Positions 44,908-51,804 of a stretch of DNA of 64,000 nt are shown here, in pieces. A program made the translations under genes and the position numbers. Each line of letters begins with the position of its first letter. The first letter of the stretch is position 1. Under the pieces are notes generated by a model. It did not search any database and was not told the DNA's origin. It saw only the letters and a program-made list of their open reading frames with translations. Source of the stretch: Candidatus Rokuibacteriota bacterium (GTDB lineage: Bacteria > Methylomirabilota > Methylomirabilia > Rokubacteriales > CSP1-6); contig QHSP01000041.1 in NCBI GenBank assembly GCA_003220495.1, positions 6,925 to 70,924 of the forward strand, in the 5' to 3' direction.

Positions 44908-45092
44908 GGAAGGGCTCCTTCTGACCGCACAGGACTATCGAAGTATACACTGGTCATTATCTTCCGGAAACCGAATCTTGCCCGAGGTGCGATCTGGTCG
45001 TTTCGCTCATCGAGCAGCTTGGCTACGTCGGCCTGTTCCTCGTACTTTTCCTCGCCGGCCTCGGGGTCCCCGTCCCCGAGGAGCTGCCGATC

Positions 45093-45584
45093 GTGACCGG
45101 CGGGATCCTGTCTCACCAGCTCGTTCTGAGATGGTGGATCACGCTGCCGGTTTGCGTCGCAGGGGTGCTTTCGGGCGACATTGCCCTCTATTGGGTCGGA
45201 CACCACTGGGGGGAGCGGGTCCTCGGCTGGCGTCCCGTCCGTTGGGTCCTGAGCCCCGCCCGTGAGGAACAGCTCAAGGCCGGCTACCGGAGCCACGGCG
45301 TCAAGATCGTCTTCACGGCGCGACACGTGATGGGGCTGAGGGCTGCGGCCTTCCTCACGGCCGGGATCGCCCGCGTCCCGTTCTGGAAGTTCCTGGCGGC
45401 CGACACCGTGGCCGCGCTCGTGAGCGTGCCGTTTGGCTTCTTCCTCGCGTTCCTCTTCGCGGACCAGGTCGAACAAGTCATCACCGACGTTCACCGCGTC
45501 GAGCGCTGGCTGGTCCTGGTGGCGCTCGTCATCGTCGGGGTGTGGGTCGCCGTCGCCGTTCGGCGCCGCGGCCAGCGGCCCTGA
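45093..45584 (+). CDS. DedA/SNARE-associated family membrane protein (N-terminus probably longer)
   Basis: The first canonical start (GTG 45093) gives 163 aa. The same frame is open from 44925 and encodes the conserved DedA N-terminus DLVVSLIEQLGYVGLFLVLFLAGLGVPVPEELPIV upstream; see the findings. Confidence 0.8.
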   Translation: MTGGILSHQLVLRWWITLPVCVAGVLSGDIALYWVGHHWGERVLGWRPVRWVLSPAREEQLKAGYRSHGVKIVFTARHVMGLRAAAFLTAGIARVPFWKFLAADTVAALVSVPFGFFLAFLFADQVEQVITDVHRVERWLVLVALVIVGVWVAVAVRRRGQRP

Positions 45585-45613
45585 TTGGCCGCAATGCTAT
45601 AGTCGGCGTGACG

Positions 45614-46921
45614 ATGGCCGTGATCGCCGCCGAGCGAAAAGCGTGGTACGCCAGCTTTCGGCTGCTGGAGCGTGACGAGCGTGTTTTTGCGGTCCTGCTG
45701 GCCGTCGTGATGGTCGGCGGCCTGGCAGCTCTGGGCTTCTTCCCGCTGCGCCCCCGCTATCGCGACATCGACCTCTACTGGCTCGTCTTCTGTTTCGCCG
45801 CCTACAAAGTCGGCATCTTCGCCCTGGTGACGGTCAACCCGCGCGCGACGCGCGCCTACTTCATCGGCGCGCTCGCGATCGACCTGCTCCTGGTCTTCGT
45901 CCTGCTGTGCCTCACGGGGGCTGGCGACAGCGTCTTCTATCTCCTGTTCTTCCCGCTGGTGGCGGTGAACGCGTACTACTTCGGGCCCTGGGTCGGGCTG
46001 GGGGCCGCGGTGGTGGCGGGGGGGCTCTACGCGTGGTCGACGGTGCTCGTGCCCCCGTGGGTCGGCTGGACGCCGCACTTGATTCTCGCCGCGCTGGCCG
46101 GGCTGCCCGCGGTCACTCTCGGTCTCGTCGCCGACCGCGAACGCCGGGCGCGCGGCGAGGTGGAGCGGCTGAACGACGAGCTCACGGGGACGTTGAGCCG
46201 GCTCCAGACGGCCCAGCAGGAGCTCGTGGTGGCCGAGCGCATGGCGACGGTGGGCCGCCTCTCGCTCCGGATCGCCCACGAGGTACGCAACCCGATCAGC
46301 GCCATCGAGCTCAACGCCGAGATGCTCGAGGACATCGTGCGCGAGCGGAGCGACGCCGACATGAAGGAAGCGGCGGGCCTCGTCAGCGCGATTCGCGACC
46401 AGGTCACCACGCTCGACGCGCTGACCGAAGAATATCTCGCCTTCGCGCGATTTCCGCGCCCCCACTTCGAGGAAGAGTCGATCAACCATCTCGTGCAGGA
46501 GCTCGCGGACTTCGTGCGCCCGGTCGCGACGCGGCAGGGGCTCACGCTCCGGGTGGAAGTCGATCCGAACGTTCCGATGATGGAGATCGATCGAGGTCTC
46601 CTGCGCCAGGCGGTGCTGAACATCGTCAAGAACGGGCTCGAAACGTTGTCGAGCGGCGGTGAATTGACGATCGCCAGCCGCTTCGACGGCGAGGCGGTCG
46701 AGATCGCCGTTTCGGACACCGGCGGTGGCATCCCCGAGGACGTCGGCCCCCGGCTCTTCGAGCAGTTCTTCACCACGAAGCCGCAGGGCACCGGCCTTGG
46801 CCTCTCGATCACGCGGCAGATCGCCGAGGAGCACGGCGGTGAGGTCACCTGGACGAACCGTGCGCCGCTGGGCGCGATGTTCACGATCCGGCTGCCGATC
46901 AAGCGAGTGACGGATGGCTGA
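45614..46921 (+). CDS. Membrane sensor histidine kinase
   Basis: Start ATG 45614 (the track start 45542 overlaps dedA). About 6 TM, an H-box (RIAHEVRNPISAI) and an HATPase_c domain (NIVKNGLE...DTGGGIP...GTGLGLSI). Confidence 0.85.
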   Translation: MAVIAAERKAWYASFRLLERDERVFAVLLAVVMVGGLAALGFFPLRPRYRDIDLYWLVFCFAAYKVGIFALVTVNPRATRAYFIGALAIDLLLVFVLLCLTGAGDSVFYLLFFPLVAVNAYYFGPWVGLGAAVVAGGLYAWSTVLVPPWVGWTPHLILAALAGLPAVTLGLVADRERRARGEVERLNDELTGTLSRLQTAQQELVVAERMATVGRLSLRIAHEVRNPISAIELNAEMLEDIVRERSDADMKEAAGLVSAIRDQVTTLDALTEEYLAFARFPRPHFEEESINHLVQELADFVRPVATRQGLTLRVEVDPNVPMMEIDRGLLRQAVLNIVKNGLETLSSGGELTIASRFDGEAVEIAVSDTGGGIPEDVGPRLFEQFFTTKPQGTGLGLSITRQIAEEHGGEVTWTNRAPLGAMFTIRLPIKRVTDG

Positions 46922-48296
46922 GCCCGCGACCCTGCTGGTCGCCGACGATGATCCCGGGCTGCGCGAGAGCCTCGAGCGCACCTTGACCCGCGAAGGCTAT
47001 CGGGTGGTGCTCGCCTCGGACGGACGGGCGGCGCTGGAGCGCGTTCAAGCCGGCGGTGTCGATCTCATCGTGACCGACCTCCGGATGCCGGGCCTGACCG
47101 GGCTCGAGCTCCTCCGGGCGGCGAAGGCGATCATGCCCGACGTCGACGTGATCTTGCTGACCGCCTTCGGCACGGTCGAGGAGGCCGTGAAGGCGATGAA
47201 GGACGGCGCCTACGACTTCCTGACCAAGCCGTTCCGCCGCGAGCAGCTCATCAAGCTGGTCGACAAGGCCCTCGAGCGCCGCGACCTGATCGAGCAGAAC
47301 AAGGCGCTCAAGAAGCAGCTGGAAGACATCCGGGCCAAGGGACAGATGATCGGCGCGAGCCCCGCGTTCCGGCGGATGCTCACGCTCATCGAGCAGATCG
47401 CCGACAGCTCCGCGACGATTCTCATCCAGGGCGAGAGCGGCGCCGGTAAGGAGCTGGTGGCGCGCACGATCCACGAGCGTTCGGGCCGGCGCGCCGGCCC
47501 GTTCGTGGCCGTCAACTGCGCGGCGCTTCCAGAGACGCTCCTCGAGTCCGAGCTGTTCGGCTACGAGAAAGGCGCCTTCACCGGGGCGGCCGGGCGCAAG
47601 GAAGGCCGCTTCGAGCTGGCGAACGGCGGCACGCTCTTCCTCGACGAGGTCGCCGATCTCTCGCTGGTCACGCAGCCCAAGATCTTGCGGGTGCTCCAGG
47701 AGGGCGAATTCGAGCGCCTGGGGGGGACGCGCACGCTCCAGGTCGACGTCCGAATCGTGACGGCGACCAATCAGGACCTGGCCGAGATGGTGAAGGAGAA
47801 GCGCTTCCGCGAGGACCTCTATTACCGGCTCAACGTCATCACCGTCCGCGTGCCGCCGTTGCGCGAGCGCCACGAGGACATCCGGGTCCTCGCCCAGCAC
47901 TATCTGCGGGTCTACTCCGCCAAGAACGGCCGGAAGCTCGACGGCTTCTCGAACGAAGCGCTCGAGCGCCTCGAATCGTATGCGTGGCCGGGCAACGTGC
48001 GCGAGCTCGAGAATCTGATCGAGCGCACCGTGCTGCTCGCCCGGAAGGATCGCATCGACGCGGAAGATCTGCCCGAGGAGGTCGCGGGCGTGAAGCGTCC
48101 GCCGCGCGACGCGATCCTCGAATTGGTCGGCACGCCGCTCGCGGAGATCGAGCAGCGACTGCTCGACGAGACCCTCCGCATCACCGGCGGCAACAAGACG
48201 CAGGCGGCCAAGCTTCTGGGCATCGACGTGCGCACCGTCGCGCGGAAGCTCGAGCGTCGCGAGGACGATCAGGCGGAGGGCACCGACCGCTCGTGA
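46914..48296 (+). CDS. Sigma-54-dependent NtrC-family response regulator
   Basis: REC domain (LLVADDDP...DLIVTDLRMPG), AAA+ domain (GESGAGKE...GAFTGA...LFLDEV...RVLQEG), and a C-terminal Fis-type HTH. 8-nt overlap with the kinase gene. Confidence 0.9.
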   Translation: MAEPATLLVADDDPGLRESLERTLTREGYRVVLASDGRAALERVQAGGVDLIVTDLRMPGLTGLELLRAAKAIMPDVDVILLTAFGTVEEAVKAMKDGAYDFLTKPFRREQLIKLVDKALERRDLIEQNKALKKQLEDIRAKGQMIGASPAFRRMLTLIEQIADSSATILIQGESGAGKELVARTIHERSGRRAGPFVAVNCAALPETLLESELFGYEKGAFTGAAGRKEGRFELANGGTLFLDEVADLSLVTQPKILRVLQEGEFERLGGTRTLQVDVRIVTATNQDLAEMVKEKRFREDLYYRLNVITVRVPPLRERHEDIRVLAQHYLRVYSAKNGRKLDGFSNEALERLESYAWPGNVRELENLIERTVLLARKDRIDAEDLPEEVAGVKRPPRDAILELVGTPLAEIEQRLLDETLRITGGNKTQAAKLLGIDVRTVARKLERREDDQAEGTDRS

Positions 48297-49468
48297 AAGC
48301 CCTTCTCTTGACCCGCGAATATCCGCCACACATCTACGGCGGCGCGGGAGTCGTCGTCGGACAGCTCGCCGAGGCGCTCGGCCGGCTCATGCCGGTGGAG
48401 GTCCGCTGCTTCGGCGAGCGCGCCGCGACCGAGTCGACGAATCGCATCGCGCTGCGCGGCTACACGCCCTGGGACCGGGTCGGCCCCGGCCCGGACAAGC
48501 CGCTCTACGCGCCGGCCCTCGAGACGCTCTCGATCGCGCTCGCGATGGCCCGCGATCCCGTCGACGCGCAGGTGGCTCACGCGCACACGTGGTACGCCGA
48601 CATGGCGGGTCTCTGGATCCGCACGCTCCACCGGATCCCGCTCTGCGTGACGCTTCACAGCATGGAGCCCCTGCGGCCGTGGAAGGCCGATCAGCTCGGC
48701 AGCGGCTACCTCCTCTCGAGCTGGATCGAGAAGACGGCGGTGGAGGCGGCCGACCGGGTCATCGCGGTCTCCCGGCGGATGCGCGACGACATCCTCGAGC
48801 ACTTCAAGGTCGATCCGGAGCGCGTGGTCGTCATCCACAACGGCATCGATCCGGACAAGTTCCGGCGGACGGAGGCGCGCGAGGTGCTGGCGCGCCGCGG
48901 CGTCCGTGAGCCCTACGTGCTCTTCGTCGGACGCATCACCGACCAGAAGGGAATCTTCCATCTGCTGGACGCGGCATCGAAGCTCCCGCCGGGCGTCCAG
49001 GTGGTCCTCTGCGCCTCCGCGCCCGACACGCCGGAAATCGAGGCGCGACTCAAGCGCGCGGTGCCGGAGCACCCGAACGTCCGGTGGATCGGCGAGATGG
49101 TCCCCGTGAGCGAGGTCGTGCAGCTCTACAGCCACGCGGCGGTCTTCGCGTGCCCGTCGGTCTACGAGCCGTTCGGCCTCATCAACCTGGAGGCGATGGC
49201 GTGCGAGACGCCGGTCGTCGCCTCGGCGGTCGGCGGCATTCTCGAGGTGGTCGAGGACGGCAAGACCGGCCTGCTCGTCGAGCCCGGCCGCCCCGAGGCG
49301 CTGGCCGCCGCGATCCGCTCGGTGCTCGGCGACCCCGCGCGCGCCCGCGCGATGGGGCGCGCCGGACGGCTCCGCGTCGAGGCGCAGTTCAGCTGGGCCA
49401 GCGTTGCCGAGCGGACGCGCGACGTGTACGCCGCCGCGATCGACGACTTCGCGCGAACAGAGGTCTAG
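48293..49468 (+). CDS. GT4 glycosyltransferase, actinobacterial-type glycogen synthase / GlgM-like
   Basis: GTG 48293 overlaps the ntrC stop (GTGA). VKALLLTREYPPHIYGGAGVVV...HAHTWY...LFVGRITDQKG...PSVYEPFGLINLEAMACETPVVASAVGG..EVV.DG.TG. Confidence 0.75.
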   Translation: MKALLLTREYPPHIYGGAGVVVGQLAEALGRLMPVEVRCFGERAATESTNRIALRGYTPWDRVGPGPDKPLYAPALETLSIALAMARDPVDAQVAHAHTWYADMAGLWIRTLHRIPLCVTLHSMEPLRPWKADQLGSGYLLSSWIEKTAVEAADRVIAVSRRMRDDILEHFKVDPERVVVIHNGIDPDKFRRTEAREVLARRGVREPYVLFVGRITDQKGIFHLLDAASKLPPGVQVVLCASAPDTPEIEARLKRAVPEHPNVRWIGEMVPVSEVVQLYSHAAVFACPSVYEPFGLINLEAMACETPVVASAVGGILEVVEDGKTGLLVEPGRPEALAAAIRSVLGDPARARAMGRAGRLRVEAQFSWASVAERTRDVYAAAIDDFARTEV

Positions 49469-49473
49469 CACTC

Positions 49474-50262
49474 GTGCCCGCACCGAATCTGTCGACGCTT
49501 CGCGGCTTCGTCTTCGACCTCGACGGATGCGTCTGGAGCGGCGACGTCCTCAACCCCGGCGCGGCCGAGACGCTCGCCGCGCTCCACCGGAGTGGTCGCG
49601 CGCTCGCCTTCGTGTCGAACAACTCGCGCGCGACCGGCGGCGAGCTGCGCGAGCGGCTGCATCGCCTCGGCGTCGGCGTCGCGGAGCACGTCCTGACTCC
49701 GCTCGAGATCATCGGCGAGGTGATCCGCGAGCGGTGCGGGCTCTCACGCGTCCTGGCCATCGGCGCGCCCGAGATGAGCGCCGTCATCGCGCGGGCCGGC
49801 CACGAGCTGGTGGACGTGAAGGACTATCGCGCGGCCACGGTCGTCGCGGTCGGCAACGACTTCGATCTGAGCTACGAGCGCCTGACCGCCGCGGCGCGGG
49901 CCGCCGCGCGCGGTGCGCCGCTGGTGACGCCGAACGTGGATCCGCGCCTGCCGATCGAGGGCGGCGACTTTCTGCCGGGATGCGGCTCGGTCGTTCAAGC
50001 CGTCGCCGTCGCGGCGGGCGTCCGTCCGATCGTCGTCGGCAAGCCCGAGCCCCCGCTCTTCCGGATGGCGCTCGCGCGGCTCGGCCTCACGGCGGCCGTG
50101 ACCGCGATGGTCGGCGACAGCATTCCGTCGGACATCCGCGGCGCCCAGGCGGTCGGCATGCCGGCCGTGCTCTACGCCCCGGCCGGAGGCGCGCCCGCCG
50201 AAGCGGCGGACGTCGTCGTGAGCTCGTTCGCGGAGCTCGCGAGGCTCGCCGGGGTCGGTTAG
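49474..50262 (+). CDS. HAD-superfamily subfamily IIA phosphatase (NagD-like)
   Basis: GTG start 5 nt after the previous stop. GFVFDLDGCVW (DxDG motif I)...FVSNNS (motif II)...GKPEPP...VGDSIPSDIRGA (motif IV). Confidence 0.8.
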   Translation: MPAPNLSTLRGFVFDLDGCVWSGDVLNPGAAETLAALHRSGRALAFVSNNSRATGGELRERLHRLGVGVAEHVLTPLEIIGEVIRERCGLSRVLAIGAPEMSAVIARAGHELVDVKDYRAATVVAVGNDFDLSYERLTAAARAAARGAPLVTPNVDPRLPIEGGDFLPGCGSVVQAVAVAAGVRPIVVGKPEPPLFRMALARLGLTAAVTAMVGDSIPSDIRGAQAVGMPAVLYAPAGGAPAEAADVVVSSFAELARLAGVG

Positions 50263-50291
50263 CCTCGGAGCGCGTGTTACTCTAGGCCGCG

Positions 50292-50756
50292 ATGTTCGAC
50301 ATCGGTTTTCAGGAGATGCTCGTCATCGGGGTGCTGGCCCTGTTGGTCTTCGGCCCCGGAAAGCTCCCCGAGCTCGGACGGATGATCGGACGTGCCCTCC
50401 GCGAGTTCCGCCGGGCGAGCGACGAGTTCAGGTCGACCGTCGAGACGAACCTGCATCTCAACGATCCCGATCCGATCATGCCGCCGGCGGCTGCTCCCAT
50501 CGATCCGTCGCCGGTGGCGACGTTGCCCGCTGAAACCGGCGCCGTGAGCACCTCAGTCGAGTCGGCACCCGCCGTCGCGGTCGAGCCCGGCGAGCCGTAC
50601 TGCGCCCAGCGGACCTCGCGCCTGTTCCACAAGAGCGACTGTGCCTGGGTCGCGCGCATTCCCGAGGCGGAGCGAGCCTATTTCAAGCACGTCGCGGAGG
50701 CTCGCGAGCAGGGGTTCACGACGTGTCCCGTCTGCGAGCCCTGGGAGCCGGCGTAG
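50292..50756 (+). CDS. TatA/TatB-family twin-arginine translocase component fused to a C-terminal Ada-like Zn-binding domain
   Basis: N-terminus [42 protein letters not shown] (Tat A/B TM plus amphipathic helix). A Pro/Ala linker follows. The C-terminus [48 protein letters not shown] parallels the Ada N-terminal Zn domain (..FCRPSC....V.F....EA.AAGFRPCKRC.P). Confidence 0.75.
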   Translation: MFDIGFQEMLVIGVLALLVFGPGKLPELGRMIGRALREFRRASDEFRSTVETNLHLNDPDPIMPPAAAPIDPSPVATLPAETGAVSTSVESAPAVAVEPGEPYCAQRTSRLFHKSDCAWVARIPEAERAYFKHVAEAREQGFTTCPVCEPWEPA

Positions 50757-50805
50757 TCCGAATCCGGTGATCGAGTTTGGAGGGCGTGTCAGGGCACTCG
50801 CTTTT

Positions 50806-50821
50806 TGTTGACTAGTCAACA
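50806..50821. promoter_or_regulatory. Perfect 16-bp palindrome TGTTGACTAGTCAACA overlapping a TTGACT -35; candidate LexA operator
   Basis: Located 37 nt upstream of the lexA ATG. TTGACT(50808-13)-N17-TAATAC(50831-36) gives a plausible sigma-70 promoter. GGAGGAAGAGG Shine-Dalgarno follows. Confidence 0.45.
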
Positions 50822-50857
50822 CCAGTTGAGTAATACTGCCGGCCACGGAGGAAGAGG

Positions 50858-51502
50858 ATGCGTGAGCTGACGAGCCGGCAGCGGGAAGTGCTGAGCTTCA
50901 TGCGCAGCTTCCAGTCCAAGCACGGTGTGCCGCCGACCGTGCGCGAGCTCGGCGAGCGGTTCAGGATCACCCCGCGCGCCGCGTTCGATCACCTGCGGGC
51001 GCTCGAGCGCAAGGGAGAGCTGCAGCGGCGCCCGAGCGCGGGCCGGACCTCGAGGGCCCTGAGGCTTCCCGACGTGGCCGGGCTGGGGCGAGCCCATCAC
51101 GCCGTGCCGATCCTCGGCCGGATCGCCGCGGGCACGCCGCTCCTGGCCCAGGAGAATCGCGAGGGCGAAGTGCCGATTGCCGCGGCGTCGTTGCCCGGGC
51201 GCGGCGACGACGTCTTCGCGCTCCGCGTCCGGGGCGAGTCGATGATCGAGGCCCACATCTGCGACGGCGATCTCGTGCTCGTCCGGCGGCAGGACTCGGC
51301 GCAGCCGAACGACATCGTCGTCGCGATGGTCGAGTCCGACGCGGGCGGTGAGAGCGAGGCGACGGTGAAGCGGTTCATGCGCGACGGATCGCGTGTCGTG
51401 CTCAAGCCCGAGAATCAGACCATGGCGCCGATCGTCGTCGATCCGTCCCGGCGCGCGGTGACCATTCTGGGCAAGGTCATCGGCCTGCTCCGCGGTTTCT
51501 AG
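50858..51502 (+). CDS. lexA: LexA repressor (S24 peptidase)
   Basis: 214 aa with an N-terminal wHTH (LTSRQREVLSFM..GVPPTVRELGERF), a cleavage-site region (ILGRIAAGTP), catalytic Ser (RVRGESM) and Lys (TVKRF). Confidence 0.9.
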   Translation: MRELTSRQREVLSFMRSFQSKHGVPPTVRELGERFRITPRAAFDHLRALERKGELQRRPSAGRTSRALRLPDVAGLGRAHHAVPILGRIAAGTPLLAQENREGEVPIAAASLPGRGDDVFALRVRGESMIEAHICDGDLVLVRRQDSAQPNDIVVAMVESDAGGESEATVKRFMRDGSRVVLKPENQTMAPIVVDPSRRAVTILGKVIGLLRGF

Positions 51503-51624
51503 TACGGCTGTAACAGGGAGCCGCGCTCGCTTCGCCGAGCTAGATTCCGACGCCGAGTGAACTCGGTGGGAGGAATTCGGGGGGAGCGGCGATCGCTTCC
51601 CCGATGTCAATCAAGGAGGTCGAG

Positions 51625-51804
51625 ATGAGCTCGCACGCAGTGACGTACGCGTTGCTTCACCGTCGTGGATCGCGCGCGTTTTTTTTGGCGCGGACTACTC
51701 AACACGTGCCGAGTCTACGAGCCGCCCGAGAGGTCCTGCGGGCGCTCGTCGCGCTCGGCGCCGTCATCGCATGGGGTGGCGTCTGTCTGATGCTGCGGGG
51801 CTGA
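51625..51804 (+). CDS. Hypothetical 59-aa protein with C-terminal TM helix
   Basis: AAGGAGG-N5-ATG at 51625: MSSHAVTYALLHRRGSRAFFLARTTQHVPSLRAAREVLRALVALGAVIAWGGVCLMLRG. It overlaps the 3' end of the convergent HD-GYP gene by 41 nt and contains a T8 run, so coding status is uncertain. Confidence 0.3.
   Translation: MSSHAVTYALLHRRGSRAFFLARTTQHVPSLRAAREVLRALVALGAVIAWGGVCLMLRG

Noticed and set aside
51581-51603. Hairpin GGGGAGCG-gcgat-CGCTTCCCC after lexA as an intrinsic terminator.
   Set aside because: The stem is imperfect and not followed by a T-tract. It could be structural, but it does not meet rho-independent terminator criteria.
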